42,046 bases of DNA from Coleofasciculus chthonoplastes F2-STO-03 (GTDB taxonomy: Bacteria > Cyanobacteriota > Cyanobacteriia > Cyanobacteriales > Coleofasciculaceae): contig JAVJWO010000139.1 of assembly GCA_040222015.1 (NCBI GenBank), forward strand, positions 1-42,046. The letters run 5' to 3'. Position numbers and translations under genes: made by a program. A model generated the notes under the pieces. The model was not told where the DNA came from. It made no database searches and saw nothing but the letters and a program-made list of their open reading frames with translations. Shown here one piece after another: positions 10,661 to 21,877 of the stretch (positions are counted from its first letter, which is position 1; each line of letters opens with the position of its first letter).

Positions 10661-11341
10661 TTATTTTACATAGGCATCAGCATAGTCAGGGTTTATCTTG
10701 ATGATTTGACTGTAGTCGGTAATGGCTCCCCGCTTGTCTCCCTGTTGATTACGGATACCGCCCCGTTTAAAATACGCTTCTATACAAGTCGCTTCTATGT
10801 TGATGATTTGAGTATAGTCAGCAACAGCACCTTGATAATCCTGGATGGCTAGACGAGCATCGCCACGATTAAAGTAAAGAACAGTTTCATCAGGATTAAT
10901 CTTGATCACTTCGGTGAAATCTTCAATGGCTTCTTGATAATTTTCTAGAGCCGCATGAGCATTGCCACGCTGAAAGTAAGCATCAGCATCATTGGGCTTA
11001 TTTTTAATCACCTTGCTGAAGTTGGGAATGGCTTTTTTGTAGTTCTCTAAACCAGCGAGAAGACAACCTCGGATAAAATAGGCATCGATACAATCAGGGT
11101 TAAGCTTGATAACTTGGCTGTAGTCTGTAAGGGCACGTTGATAATCCTCTAGAGTAATGTAAAGTTTACCCCGTCTGAAGTAGATATCAGGATCACTCGG
11201 ATCGAGTCTGATGCTGTTTGTGTAGTCTGAAATTGCCCCTTCGTAATCTTCCTGGGTGGCTAAAATATGTCCCCGATCGCGATAAGCTTCAACATAGTCA
11301 GGATCGATCTGGATAGTTTGGCTGTAATCTGCGATCGCACC
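10661..11341 (-). pseudogene. 5'-truncated TPR repeat protein
   Basis: TPR repeats (GAIADYSQTIQIDPDYVEAYRDRG...) continue in frame upstream of the called ORF to ~11341 with no start codon; homology stops at a HIP1 site. Confidence 0.8.
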
Positions 11342-12012
11342 GTTGTTTGATAATCTTAGATGATGTACAGACTCTTTTTAGCAACGGACAAGTTGCTGAT
11401 GAATACAAACCAGAATACAAGGATTATCAATTCCTGTTCCAACAAGTGGGAGAATTAGCCCATCAGAGTTGTTTAGTGCTGAATACCTGGGAAATTCCTA
11501 GAGAAATTGCTGCTTTAACCACTAACACATCACCCGTTCGCTCACTACGGTTGCAGGGTTTGGGTGTCACAGCAGGCGAGATTCTCCGGGAAAAAGGATT
11601 ACTAGACGAAAATCAATGGGACGAGTTAATTGACCTTTATCGGGGTAATCCCTTATGGTTGAAAATAATAGCCACAATTATTGTGGACTTGTTTGGTGGC
11701 AAGGTTGCAGATTTCTTAAACTGTGAATCATTGTTTTTGAGTGAAGATATTAAATCTCTACTTCACCACCAGTTTATTCGTTTATCAGACATAGAAAAAG
11801 ATGTCATGTCCTGGCTAGTCAATCAACCCAAACCTGTTTCTCTGTCTCAATTACTAGACCATCTCCAATTATCGCCCTCAGCGGTATTGAATGCGATGCA
11901 ATCCTTGGCAAGACGGTCATTGATTGAAAAACAGGAACAAGATCATCAAACCCTTTTTTCTGTTGCGCCTGGGGTTAAACAGTATGTCAAAACTCAACCG
12001 TCTCCAAGTTAA
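11329..12012 (+). pseudogene. 5'-truncated NB-ARC/STAND ATPase
   Basis: Begins at Walker B (LRSHRCLIILDDVQ), has GNPLWLK and a WHD-like region, lacks Walker A. Confidence 0.8.
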
Positions 12013-12021
12013 CCCGCTCTC

Positions 12022-12104
12022 GTTGGGTTACTCTCCGAGAAGGCTGACGCTCCTTACGTCGCTATCGCTGCGCGTCACGCCTACGTTCCAAAAACCCAAC
12101 CTAC
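12022..12104. repeat. Composite REP-like element
   Basis: GTTGGGTT...AACCCAACCTAC arms enclosing other repeat-like fragments. Confidence 0.5.
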
Positions 12105-12149
12105 AAAGGTGATATGCGCCCCAAAAATTTGAGTAAAAAGGCAACCGAT

Positions 12150-13640
12150 CTAATACCCGCTCAAATTTAAAGTGGTCACCTCTAACGTACCTAAATCAAC
12201 ACAACGGATGGCATGATTATTGGTATCAGCGATATAGAGACGAGCCGCGATCGCACTGACTCCAGAGGGCTCAGCAAACTCCGCCTCATGACTCTGACCG
12301 TCTCGGTGACCCGCTTGTCCGTTACCTAACAAAGTCTGACAGCTACCCGTACTCGGATCGACGCGCTTAATTTTGTGATTATAAGTATCTGCGACCCAGA
12401 GGTAATTTTGGGTATATTCCACCCCTAAACAGTGCTGGAGTCGTACCTCTGACTTTTGACCATCTTTATCGCCAAACTCAAACAGTTCACCACTGCCACA
12501 AATTGTCCGCACGGGTAAATTATTAATTAGACCCACTCCCCGAATCGAACTAACTTCACTATCAGCCACGTAGAGTTCTCGTCCATCGCTGGTAATCCCA
12601 CTGGGTTGAGCAAAGGCGGCTTCATGGAGTGACCCATCTAAGCAAGCTTCTGCACCTGTCCCCGCATAAGTGCCAATCTCACCCGTTTCAAGCTGCATTT
12701 CCCAGATTTGATGGGAACCCGCCATCGCAATCAGCAGGCGATTATCAATTTTTTCGATATCCCACGGCGAATTCAATGCTGTTTGTAACCCTAAACCTCT
12801 GTGGGGTTGAATCTGGCGACTTTGCTCCCCCGTACCCGCAATGGTTTCAACTTGCTCAGTTTCTAGATGAATACATCGCAAGCAATGATTTTCTGTATCC
12901 GCGACGTAAAGACGTTGATTGTCGGGATCTAGCGTGATACCTTGAGGCGCAAAAAATTGGGCTTCGGCAAAAGTTCCATCGGTTAATCCCGGTTCACCCG
13001 TACCAATACTATTTAATACTTCACCCGCCAACGTACTCACCACAATCCGATGATGACCCGAGTCAGCAATAAATAGGCGATCGCTAAATTCATCAGCCAG
13101 AACCTTACCGGGAAATGCTAAGGGATTGGTGAGGGGATGTTGCTGTTTTTCCAATGTGAAATGAAGTGGCTCCATTGTCATTGTGTCTTTTTGCTGGTGT
13201 TTCTGAATCAGTTCCCCCATGAGTTGATCGAGAACCTCTCGATTCCCTTCCCCCGCCACATCCCTGATCACATATCCTTCCGGGTCAATCACGACCAACG
13301 TGGGCCACGCCCGAACCGCATACTGCTGCCAGAGATTACCATTAAAGTCTACAACAACGGGATGCTCGACATCGTAGCGAAGAATTGCCTGACGAATATT
13401 TTCTGCATCTTTTTCGTTATCAAATTTAGCTGAGTGAATACCAATCACAGTCAGACTATCTTTATATTTTTGTTCTAAATAGTTTAAGTCTGGCAGAACA
13501 TGGAGACAGTTAATACAACAGTACGTCCAAAAGTCGAGAATAACCACTCGCCCTTTTAAACTCGTCAGGGAAAGTGGGTGATCCGTATTCAACCAGATGC
13601 CGTCTTGGGGAAGTTCTGGCGCTCGAACCCTTGATGTCAT
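12150..13640 (-). CDS. Thioredoxin-like + NHL beta-propeller protein (SOQ1/NHLRC2 family)
   Basis: LDFWTYCCINC motif; NHL repeats IADSGHHRI, VADTENH, VADTYNHKI, IADTNNH. Confidence 0.92.
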   Translation of the reverse strand: MTSRVRAPELPQDGIWLNTDHPLSLTSLKGRVVILDFWTYCCINCLHVLPDLNYLEQKYKDSLTVIGIHSAKFDNEKDAENIRQAILRYDVEHPVVVDFNGNLWQQYAVRAWPTLVVIDPEGYVIRDVAGEGNREVLDQLMGELIQKHQQKDTMTMEPLHFTLEKQQHPLTNPLAFPGKVLADEFSDRLFIADSGHHRIVVSTLAGEVLNSIGTGEPGLTDGTFAEAQFFAPQGITLDPDNQRLYVADTENHCLRCIHLETEQVETIAGTGEQSRQIQPHRGLGLQTALNSPWDIEKIDNRLLIAMAGSHQIWEMQLETGEIGTYAGTGAEACLDGSLHEAAFAQPSGITSDGRELYVADSEVSSIRGVGLINNLPVRTICGSGELFEFGDKDGQKSEVRLQHCLGVEYTQNYLWVADTYNHKIKRVDPSTGSCQTLLGNGQAGHRDGQSHEAEFAEPSGVSAIAARLYIADTNNHAIRCVDLGTLEVTTLNLSGY

Positions 13641-13656
13641 GCGATTCTCAGTGAGT

Positions 13657-13685
13657 GTTGATTGTTGATTGTTGATTGTTTATTG
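13657..13685. repeat. Heptamer tandem repeat (STRR-like)
   Basis: (GTTGATT)x3 plus a degenerate unit. Confidence 0.75.
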
Positions 13686-13742
13686 CTCAGATCCTAACGT
13701 TCACGATAGCCTCGTTCCCAATTTCCGCCTGGGGTTGAGTGT

Positions 13743-13806
13743 GTAGGGGCGGGTTTCACTACTATACTTTTCGGTTGTACCCAGATGTGACTAAACCCGC
13801 CCCGAC
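13743..13806. repeat. REPIN-like doublet
   Basis: GTAGGGGCGGGTTT...AAACCCGCCCCGAC. Confidence 0.8.
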
Positions 13807-13902
13807 TCAGGTATCTAGACTTTCCATGAAAAGTCATCTACTCACCCCTCCCGTCCCCTTTCAAAAGGGGGAAACCAGAGGATGCGGGAGCTAGTCTTCG
13901 CA

Positions 13903-15804
13903 TTATTTTTCAATCAGTTCGGGTAAGGTTGGTGGCAAGTCAGCGTCAGGAACGACAGGCTTAATTTTTGGTGTTGGCGAGGGAGTTGGGGTTTCCTCCT
14001 CCGATGCAGGGGGTTCCGGAGGTAACGATTCATCGGGAGTTACCGATTTCTCTGTTCCCTCTTCTGGGGCTGTTTGGGTTGTCTGTGGATTCAATTCTGT
14101 GTCTTTTGGAATTACCTGGGATGGCTGTGAGGGCGTTTGTTGGGGTGGAGTTACAGGTTCTGTCTCTACTTGCGGTTCCTCTGAGGATGTTTGAGTTTTA
14201 TCCAAGGGTGTAGATGCTTCGGGTTCTGGCGGAGATTTGGTTTCCTCAGTCACGATATCCGAGGCTTCATCAGGAGTTTCTTGGGGTGGAGTTACAGGTT
14301 CTATATCCCCTTGAGGTTCTTCTGAGGATGTTTGAGTTTTATCCAAGGGTGTAGATGCTTCGGGTTCTGGCGGAGATTCGGTTTCCTCAGTCACGATATC
14401 CGAGGCTTCATCAGGAGTTTCTTGGGGTGGAGTTACAGGTTCTGTCTCCACTTGCGGTTCTGGCGGCGACTCGGTTTCCTCTGGCAAAACCTCAGGTTCA
14501 GGTGACGGTGTTTCTAGTTCTTCTGGTTGTTCAGTGGATGGGGTTGGAGACACTTGGGGTTTTTGGAATCGTTCCCTGATGGTTTGATAGAAGCGATTGA
14601 AAAAGCCACGGGCTGGGTATTTTTCTGTCGATTTGACTTCAGGAGTTTCCAACTCTGTGGCTGAGGGGACGGTTGCATCTGGCGTAGCAGGTTCTACGAC
14701 TGTGGGGGATTCTTTCCCTGTTTTGGTTTCAGGTATTGGTTTTTCTTCGACAGGTGTTTCGGATTCAGGGGCGGGAACTTCTGCGGGTATCTCCGGTTCA
14801 GCCGTTGGGGTTTGTTCAACCGGAGTGGGAGACACGGAAGGTATCGGTGTTGGTGCGGCTTGAACTTTATAGTTGGGATCGATAATGCTACGGGCAACTT
14901 CAGTAGAGAGTTCGTTCCGCATTAACTGGGATAAGGTATCATTGCCCCCTGGCTGATAACTAATTAGCCGCGCTGTGTTATTGTAGGCGTTTTTAACCGG
15001 ATTTCCTTGCTCATCCAGAAACTCTAACTGCACCCAGTTTTTACCGGGTTTAAAGCCGTTGAGATAAACAGACTGCCAGCGATCGAGGGTAAAACTTTCA
15101 CCATTGATGGTGACGCGAATTTGCCAATCGACAATCTCGTCTTCTGGGTTTTCCTGAGCGACGAGGTGCAGGGGAGCATTCGTCAGGTAGTAGTCGATCA
15201 GGATAGGTTCAGCACCATAGCTGCCTAGGGGATGGTTGTAGGTTAAGAGCGGTAGGTTGGCTACCGGATTATTATCGTCAGTTTTGGTAAATACGTGAAA
15301 GGTGGTTTGAGCATAGGCGCCTTCATTTTTAAAGCTTTCATGCCAAGGACGAGCGGCGAAAACTCTTAGGGTGTGGGTTCCGGGGGATAAGTCTTCCAGG
15401 ATTAGGGGTTTATCGACGGTGTAAACCGGAATATGAGACTGATTGTCAAGAATTACATTGAGATGAGGACCCATGTTTAATTCTGGGTTTTTGAACAGGG
15501 GTAAGTCCTGCACCTGGAATTGTACGGAGACGGTGGTGTCTTGGAGAATCTGATCCGGAGTGGGACTCAAGATGGTGACTTGAGGCTGATAGGTTTCTAA
15601 GCGGCGGTTCAGTTGCTGAATGACTGGAGGTGGGGCGACTTCTGAGAGTCGGCTAACTGGCTCGGTTGGCGGTGGGGCTTCCTCTTCAATGGGGGGTAAG
15701 GTTTCGGTGCTTTTGCCACATGCCACCAGTCCCACCATCAGCACTACCACCAGTACGACTGAACAAATTGCTTTTACTGTTTTCCACCAGAGATTCCTAG
15801 CCAA
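13903..15804 (-). CDS. Putative lipoprotein with Ig-like core and Pro/Glu/Thr-rich tail
   Basis: Signal peptide with lipobox LVAC; core GPHLNVILDN..PGTHTLRVFAARPWHESFK; low-complexity C-terminus; TTG start. Confidence 0.8.
   Translation of the reverse strand: MARNLWWKTVKAICSVVLVVVLMVGLVACGKSTETLPPIEEEAPPPTEPVSRLSEVAPPPVIQQLNRRLETYQPQVTILSPTPDQILQDTTVSVQFQVQDLPLFKNPELNMGPHLNVILDNQSHIPVYTVDKPLILEDLSPGTHTLRVFAARPWHESFKNEGAYAQTTFHVFTKTDDNNPVANLPLLTYNHPLGSYGAEPILIDYYLTNAPLHLVAQENPEDEIVDWQIRVTINGESFTLDRWQSVYLNGFKPGKNWVQLEFLDEQGNPVKNAYNNTARLISYQPGGNDTLSQLMRNELSTEVARSIIDPNYKVQAAPTPIPSVSPTPVEQTPTAEPEIPAEVPAPESETPVEEKPIPETKTGKESPTVVEPATPDATVPSATELETPEVKSTEKYPARGFFNRFYQTIRERFQKPQVSPTPSTEQPEELETPSPEPEVLPEETESPPEPQVETEPVTPPQETPDEASDIVTEETESPPEPEASTPLDKTQTSSEEPQGDIEPVTPPQETPDEASDIVTEETKSPPEPEASTPLDKTQTSSEEPQVETEPVTPPQQTPSQPSQVIPKDTELNPQTTQTAPEEGTEKSVTPDESLPPEPPASEEETPTPSPTPKIKPVVPDADLPPTLPELIEK
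14140..14470 (-). repeat. 141-nt in-frame tandem repeat
   Basis: TTGGGGTGGAGTTACAGGTTC recurs at 14140, 14281 and 14422 (47-aa period). Confidence 0.9.
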
Positions 15805-16238
15805 AACACCATCTCCTCAACGAATTCTGCTCATTAGGAACTATAGCGAACAATGGCTCCTCTGGAGGGGCAGGGGAGCCATGTAGAGACTAGGCAGGTC
15901 TAGATGAACAATCAACAAAGAATCAATCTGAGATTAAACCCGCCTATTGTTTAGTTTTGTAAATTTTATCAATCAGACTCTTGACTTTTTTGGGAGTTTG
16001 CTCAAATCAAAACCCAAAGTAGACCTTGATTTGCTGAAATTTGAATTTTTGTTAAGTGCAGCCCAAGACTTCCTCCAGCAAGACCTATCATCAACAAAAG
16101 AACTTATCCCCTAGATTTCAAAGGGGATATCGTTTTTCCAGGAAAGTTACGCCAAAAGCGGTACTTTCCGCTAAATTGATAAAAAAGCAAACTTCCTTTT
16201 GGATATTTCTCGTTCCTTGTATAGAGAGGAGACTCCTG

Positions 16239-18494
16239 ATGACAATCAGCCCTCCTGAGCGGGACACGAAGGCAAAGGTAACAGTTGATAAAGATCCCGT
16301 TCCTACTTCATTTGAGAAGTGGTCTAAACCGGGACATTTCGACCGTACCCTAGCCAAGGGACCAAAAACCACCACTTGGATTTGGAACCTACACGCGAAC
16401 GCTCATGATTTCGATAGTCATACCAGTGACCTAGAAGATGTATCGCGCAAAATCTTTAGCGCTCACTTCGGTCACCTAGCGGTTATTTTTGTCTGGTTGA
16501 GCGGCATGTATTTCCATGGCGCTCGGTTTTCCAACTACGAAGCTTGGCTTACTGATCCAATCAATATCAAGCCAAGCGCTCAAGTAGTCTGGCCCATCGT
16601 GGGTCAAGACATTTTAAATGCGGATGTCGGTGGCGGGTTCCACGGCATTCAAATCACGTCAGGATTCTTCCAAATCTGGCGTGCATCTGGAATCACGAAT
16701 GAATTCCAACTTTACTGCACCGCCATTGGTGGTCTAGTCATGGCAGCCCTGATGCTGTTTGCTGGCTGGTTCCACTACCACAAGCGGGCGCCCAAGTTGG
16801 AATGGTTCCAGAATGTAGAGTCCATGATGAACCACCACTTAGCTGGATTGTTAGGGTGTGGATCATTAGGTTGGGCGGGTCACCAGATTCACGTCTCTCT
16901 GCCGATCAACAAGCTACTGGATGCTGGGGTAGCTCCTGAGGATATTCCTCTCCCCCACGAGTTCATCCTGAACAAGAGCTTGATGGCAGAGTTGTATCCC
17001 AGTTTCGAGCAAGGGTTGAAGCCGTTCTTCACCCTGAACTGGGGGGCGTATTCTGACTTCCTCACCTTTAAAGGTGGGTTAAACCCAACCACAGGTGGAT
17101 TGTGGCTCTCAGACACCGCGCATCACCACTTAGCGATCGCGGTTCTGTTTATCATCGCAGGTCACTTCTACCGGACGAACTGGGGAATTGGTCATAGCTT
17201 TAAGGAAGTTCTGGAAGCTCATAAAGGTCCCTTCACTGGTCAAGGCCACAAAGGGATGTATGAGATCTTCACAACCTCCTGGCATGCTCAACTGTCCTGG
17301 AACTTAGCGCTGCTCGGTTCGCTGACCATTATCGTGGCGCATCACATGTACGCGATGCCTCCGTATCCGTACTTAGCCACCGATTATGGAACGCAATTGT
17401 CCATCTTTACCCACCACATGTGGATTGGTGCATTCTGTATCGTTGGGGGTGCTGCTCACGCGGCAATCTTCATGGTGCGGGACTATGATCCGAATATTCA
17501 TGTGGATAACCTATTGGATCGGGTCATCCGTCACCGGGATGCGATCATTTCTCACCTGAACTGGGTTTGTATCTTCCTCGGCTTCCATAGCTTCGGTCTG
17601 TACGTTCACAACGACACGATGCGGGCTTTTGGTCGTCCTCAAGATATGTTCTCGGATACGGGGATTCAACTCCAACCGATCTTTGCTCAGTGGGTGCAAC
17701 ATTTGCATACCCTGGCTCCTGGCGGAACCGCTCCCAATGCCCTAGAACCTGTCAGCTACGCCTTTGGCGGTGGCATGGTTGCTGTGGGTGGCAAAGTGGC
17801 AATGATGCCGATCACCTTGGGAACGGCGGACTTTATGATCCACCATATTCACGCCTTCCAGATTCATGTCACCGCACTGATTCTGCTCAAAGGTGTGCTA
17901 TATGCCCGGAACTCTCGGTTGATTCCTGACAAAGCCTCCCTGGGATTCCGCTTCCCCTGCGACGGTCCAGGTCGGGGTGGTACTTGCCAAGTTTCAGCTT
18001 GGGATCACGTCTTCCTCGGTCTGTTCTGGATGTATAACTGCATCTCGATCGTGATTTTCCACTTTAGCTGGAAGATGCAGTCCGATGTTTGGGGAACGGT
18101 GGCGTCCGACGGTACCGTGTCTCATATCACGGGGGGTAACTTTGCCACCAGCGCAATTACGATTAACGGTTGGTTGCGTGACTTCCTGTGGGCGCAAGCC
18201 TCTCAGGTGATTAACTCCTACGGCACAGCGTTGTCAGCTTATGGCATCCTGTTCTTAGGCGCTCACTTTGTCTGGGCATTCAGTTTGATGTTCCTGTTCA
18301 GTGGTCGCGGCTACTGGCAAGAGCTGATTGAGTCCATCGTTTGGGCGCATAATAAACTAAAAGTGGCTCCAGCGATTCAGCCTCGCGCTCTGAGCATTGT
18401 CCAGGGTCGGGCTGTAGGGGTAGCTCACTACCTCCTAGGAGGAATTGTCACCACTTGGGCATTCTTCCTGGCACGAATACTAGCAGTCGGATGA
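16239..18494 (+). CDS. psaA: Photosystem I P700 apoprotein A1
   Basis: MTISPPER start with [25 protein letters not shown] motif; 751 aa. Confidence 0.99.
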   Translation: MTISPPERDTKAKVTVDKDPVPTSFEKWSKPGHFDRTLAKGPKTTTWIWNLHANAHDFDSHTSDLEDVSRKIFSAHFGHLAVIFVWLSGMYFHGARFSNYEAWLTDPINIKPSAQVVWPIVGQDILNADVGGGFHGIQITSGFFQIWRASGITNEFQLYCTAIGGLVMAALMLFAGWFHYHKRAPKLEWFQNVESMMNHHLAGLLGCGSLGWAGHQIHVSLPINKLLDAGVAPEDIPLPHEFILNKSLMAELYPSFEQGLKPFFTLNWGAYSDFLTFKGGLNPTTGGLWLSDTAHHHLAIAVLFIIAGHFYRTNWGIGHSFKEVLEAHKGPFTGQGHKGMYEIFTTSWHAQLSWNLALLGSLTIIVAHHMYAMPPYPYLATDYGTQLSIFTHHMWIGAFCIVGGAAHAAIFMVRDYDPNIHVDNLLDRVIRHRDAIISHLNWVCIFLGFHSFGLYVHNDTMRAFGRPQDMFSDTGIQLQPIFAQWVQHLHTLAPGGTAPNALEPVSYAFGGGMVAVGGKVAMMPITLGTADFMIHHIHAFQIHVTALILLKGVLYARNSRLIPDKASLGFRFPCDGPGRGGTCQVSAWDHVFLGLFWMYNCISIVIFHFSWKMQSDVWGTVASDGTVSHITGGNFATSAITINGWLRDFLWAQASQVINSYGTALSAYGILFLGAHFVWAFSLMFLFSGRGYWQELIESIVWAHNKLKVAPAIQPRALSIVQGRAVGVAHYLLGGIVTTWAFFLARILAVG

Positions 18495-18522
18495 CGGCTG
18501 TTTGAATCGATACCACTATAAA

Positions 18523-18597
18523 GCAGGACACCATGTCTTGCCTGTCTCGACCCTATACCAAACTGGAACTTCGGTTCCAGGGGGTCACCAAAGACAG
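18523..18597 (+). promoter_or_regulatory. Structured psaA-psaB spacer
   Basis: Hairpin GCAGGACA/TGTCTTGC plus nested stems CTGTCT-GACCC-CTGGAAC(TTCG)GTTCCAG-GGGTC-AGACAG. Confidence 0.55.
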
Positions 18598-18649
18598 AAA
18601 ACGAGCAGCAAAAGCATAAGTCTCTGTAGGATTTCCTAACGAAAGACAG

Positions 18650-20878
18650 ATGGCAACAAAATTTCCGAAATTTAGCCAGGATCTCGCTCAAGATCCGACA
18701 ACACGTCGAATCTGGTACGGAATTGCCACCGCCCATGACTTTGAGAGCCATGATGGCATGACGGAGGAAAATCTTTATCAGAAGATTTTCGCCTCTCACT
18801 TCGGTCATCTTGCAATCATTTTCCTGTGGACCTCTGGCAGTCTGTTCCACGTCGCCTGGCAAGGCAACTTTGAACAGTGGATTAAAGATCCGCTCAACGT
18901 CCGTCCGATCGCCCACGCGATTTGGGACCCTCAATTCGGTCAACCGGCTGTTGATGCGTTTACTCAAGCCGGTGCGTCTAACCCTGTTGATATTGCTTAC
19001 TCTGGGGTGTATCACTGGTGGTACACCGTAGGGATGCGGACAAATGGGGATCTGTATCAAGGGGCATTATTCCTCCTGGTGCTATCCGCCGTCTTCCTGT
19101 TTGCAGGTTGGCTGCACTTACAACCCAAGTTCCGTCCCAGCTTGGCTTGGTTTAAAAATGCTGAGTCTCGCCTAAACCACCACTTAGCGGGTCTGTTTGG
19201 GGTGAGTTCCTTAGCATGGACGGGTCACCTGGTTCACGTTGCGATTCCCGAAGCTCGGGGACAGCATGTGGGTTGGGATAACTTCCTGTCCGTCAAGCCA
19301 CACCCAGCGGGTTTAGCTCCGTTTTTCACAGGAAACTGGGGGGTTTATGCCCAGAATCCAGATACAGCAAACCATATCTTTGGTACGTCCGAAGGTGCTG
19401 GCTCTGCGATTCTTACCTTCTTAGGTGGGTTCCATCCTCAGACTGAATCCCTGTGGCTGACCGACATTGCTCATCACCACCTAGCGATCGCTGTTCTGTT
19501 TATCATTGCAGGTCACATGTACCGGACAAACTTCGGTATAGGCCACAGCATGAAAGACATCATGGCAGCGCACAATCCCCCACCGGGAACCCCGTTTGGT
19601 GGCATTTTGGGTGAAGGTCACAAAGGAATCTACGACACCTATAACAACTCGCTGCACTTCCAGTTAGGCTGGCACTTGGCTTGCTTAGGGGTGGTTACCT
19701 CGCTGGTGGCGCAACACATGTATTCCTTGCCGCCTTATGCATTTATGGCGCGGGATTATACCACGCAGGCAGCGTTGTATACTCACCACCAATACATTGC
19801 GGGCTTCTTAATGGTTGGAGCCTTCGCCCACGGAGCAATCTTCCTGGTGCGGGACTACGACCCCGAAGCGAATAAGAACAATGTGTTGGCACGGGTATTG
19901 GATCACAAGGAAGCAATCATCTCTCACTTGAGCTGGGTTTCCTTGTTCCTCGGATTCCACACCTTAGGTCTTTATGTTCACAACGATGTGGTTGTGGCAT
20001 TTGGCACGCCTGAAAAGCAAATTCTAATTGAGCCCGTTTTCGCTCAATGGATTCAAGCGGCTCACGGTAAGCTGCTCTATGGATTCGATACGCTGCTATC
20101 TAATCCAGATAGCATTGCGACTACGGCTTGGCCCAACTACGGGAACGTTTGGTTACCCGGTTGGTTAGATGCGATTAACGATGGTGGGAACTCCTTGTTC
20201 CTGACCATTGGTCCTGGTGACTTTTTAGTTCACCACGCGATCGCACTCGGTCTGCATACCACCACTTTGATTCTGGTCAAAGGTGCGTTGGATGCCCGTG
20301 GTTCTAAGCTGATGCCGGATAAAAAAGACTTCGGCTACAGCTTCCCCTGCGACGGTCCCGGTCGTGGCGGCACTTGCGATATCTCCGCTTGGGACTCTTT
20401 CTATCTAGCGATGTTCTGGATGCTGAATACCATTGGTTGGGTAACCTTCTACTGGCACTGGAAGCATCTGGGCATCTGGCAAGGCAACGTAGCTACATTT
20501 AATCAGAACTCAACCTATCTGATGGGTTGGCTACGTGATTACCTCTGGCTGAACTCCTCTCAGCTAATCAATGGGTACAACCCGTATGGCACGAATAACC
20601 TGTCCGTTTGGGCTTGGATGTTCCTCTTAGGACACCTGATCTGGGCGACTGGCTTCATGTTCCTGATTAGCTGGCGTGGTTACTGGCAAGAACTGATTGA
20701 AACGTTGGTTTGGGCGCACGAGCGCACTCCTCTGGCGAACCTGGTTCGTTGGAAGGACAAGCCGGTTGCTCTGTCCATCGTTCAAGCTCGTGTGGTTGGT
20801 TTAGCTCACTTTACGGTGGGGTATATCTTGACCTACGCGGCGTTTGTGATTGCCTCGACTGCAGGTAAGTTCGGTTAG
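18650..20878 (+). CDS. psaB: Photosystem I P700 apoprotein A2
   Basis: [36 protein letters not shown]-terminal STAGKFG. Confidence 0.99.
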   Translation: MATKFPKFSQDLAQDPTTRRIWYGIATAHDFESHDGMTEENLYQKIFASHFGHLAIIFLWTSGSLFHVAWQGNFEQWIKDPLNVRPIAHAIWDPQFGQPAVDAFTQAGASNPVDIAYSGVYHWWYTVGMRTNGDLYQGALFLLVLSAVFLFAGWLHLQPKFRPSLAWFKNAESRLNHHLAGLFGVSSLAWTGHLVHVAIPEARGQHVGWDNFLSVKPHPAGLAPFFTGNWGVYAQNPDTANHIFGTSEGAGSAILTFLGGFHPQTESLWLTDIAHHHLAIAVLFIIAGHMYRTNFGIGHSMKDIMAAHNPPPGTPFGGILGEGHKGIYDTYNNSLHFQLGWHLACLGVVTSLVAQHMYSLPPYAFMARDYTTQAALYTHHQYIAGFLMVGAFAHGAIFLVRDYDPEANKNNVLARVLDHKEAIISHLSWVSLFLGFHTLGLYVHNDVVVAFGTPEKQILIEPVFAQWIQAAHGKLLYGFDTLLSNPDSIATTAWPNYGNVWLPGWLDAINDGGNSLFLTIGPGDFLVHHAIALGLHTTTLILVKGALDARGSKLMPDKKDFGYSFPCDGPGRGGTCDISAWDSFYLAMFWMLNTIGWVTFYWHWKHLGIWQGNVATFNQNSTYLMGWLRDYLWLNSSQLINGYNPYGTNNLSVWAWMFLLGHLIWATGFMFLISWRGYWQELIETLVWAHERTPLANLVRWKDKPVALSIVQARVVGLAHFTVGYILTYAAFVIASTAGKFG

Positions 20879-20906
20879 CGAACTGAAGCCTTGTAGGTAA
20901 TTAAAT

Positions 20907-20936
20907 AAATCCCCTGCCTTCGGGTGGGGGATTTTT
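20907..20936 (+). terminator. Intrinsic terminator of psaAB
   Basis: AAATCCCCTGCC-TTCG-GGTGGGGGATTT stem-loop followed by a T tract. Confidence 0.85.
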
Positions 20937-21008
20937 CGTTTAAGCCCTTTTTTACTCCAGCGACTGGAAGTCACGGCTACACAAACAAAGTCCGCCTACG
21001 CGGACTTA

Positions 21009-21114
21009 TATAGCAACCGCCATGGCTGTTAGGACACATCATTTATGTAGAGACCAAACATGGACGGTCTCTACAATGGTGCCGAACGTCCTAATCGATG
21101 TGTCTATTGCTATA
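21009..21114. mobile_element. MITE-like element with internal REP
   Basis: Termini TATAGCAA/TTGCTATA, inner TTAGGAC/GTCCTAA, central GTAGAGACC..GGTCTCTAC. Confidence 0.7.
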
Positions 21115-21175
21115 AAGGATCTAGCTAACCCAGATGGGGTTGCACTTACACCAGGGAGAAGCTAAATGCATCATT

Positions 21176-21703
21176 CTATGCAGCTATGGCTTCAAAGTTG
21201 AAATTATCGGTTTTCCTCTTCTCTATTAGTGAAGCTGTATCATCAATTACCAAAAAAACTGTTTCTTGTTGCAATTCTGTTAGCAATTGGAGGATGAAGT
21301 CTTCTAACTTGGGAAGATGGTGCAGCAGTTCTGCCTCTGTCATCCAAACTTCGACTTCAAAAATTGACTCACTGATGAGGCGATAATCACTACTTTGATA
21401 GAAACCGACAAATTTTTTACAAATACTGCCCCCAAAACATTCACTCAATAGTTGGTTGGCTTGTTCCACATAAGCCGAAGTTTCCCAAGGAATATCAATA
21501 TGAATGGTAGACGGAATTAACAGGCGAAGTTTATGGTTCATTATTTTGCAGATGCGAATTTTGGATGACGTTTTTAACGTTTGGTCTACTTTCGCAGACA
21601 AATTTTTACCTGATAGTGGGACATTGACCGAGTTGAGAGTGTTGAGCAAATGTTGCGAAGTTGGTTCTTCTGCAAGGATTTGAGCAGTATATTGTAAAGA
21701 CAT
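21176..21703 (-). CDS. Hypothetical protein, DUF3574/PII-like fold suspected
   Basis: Pattern LLSECFGG....VGFY....E...VEV....L.QETVFLVID; the true start may be downstream (MNHKLRL). Confidence 0.55.
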   Translation of the reverse strand: MSLQYTAQILAEEPTSQHLLNTLNSVNVPLSGKNLSAKVDQTLKTSSKIRICKIMNHKLRLLIPSTIHIDIPWETSAYVEQANQLLSECFGGSICKKFVGFYQSSDYRLISESIFEVEVWMTEAELLHHLPKLEDFILQLLTELQQETVFLVIDDTASLIEKRKTDNFNFEAIAA

Positions 21704-21877
21704 CAGTGTATCTCCTCAAAACGTTCCATTTGTTTCAAGCCTATCGAGGTTAGTGAGTTAATGTCCAGACGAAATAAATGTAAATAAGTCTTGATTTCTT
21801 ATTCGCACTTAACCACAGTTATCGGCATTGTGAATATTTTTGAGTACAGTAGAAGTAAATCCATCTAATTACCACTC

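Noticed and set aside
15950..15975. HLR1/RpaB site upstream of psaA
   Set aside because: Only one good half-site (TTTACAAA on the minus strand) is visible
16056..16238. 61-aa N-terminal extension of PsaA
   Set aside because: The canonical MTISPPER start with an RBS is at 16239
18428..19060. 210-aa antisense ORF and similar shadow ORFs (e.g. 12629-12937, 26695-27078, 39819-40148)
   Set aside because: They overlap well-supported genes and have no recognisable motifs
16239..20878. Far-red (FaRLiP) photosystem I paralogues
   Set aside because: The sequences look canonical and there are no rfp, chlF or apc neighbours
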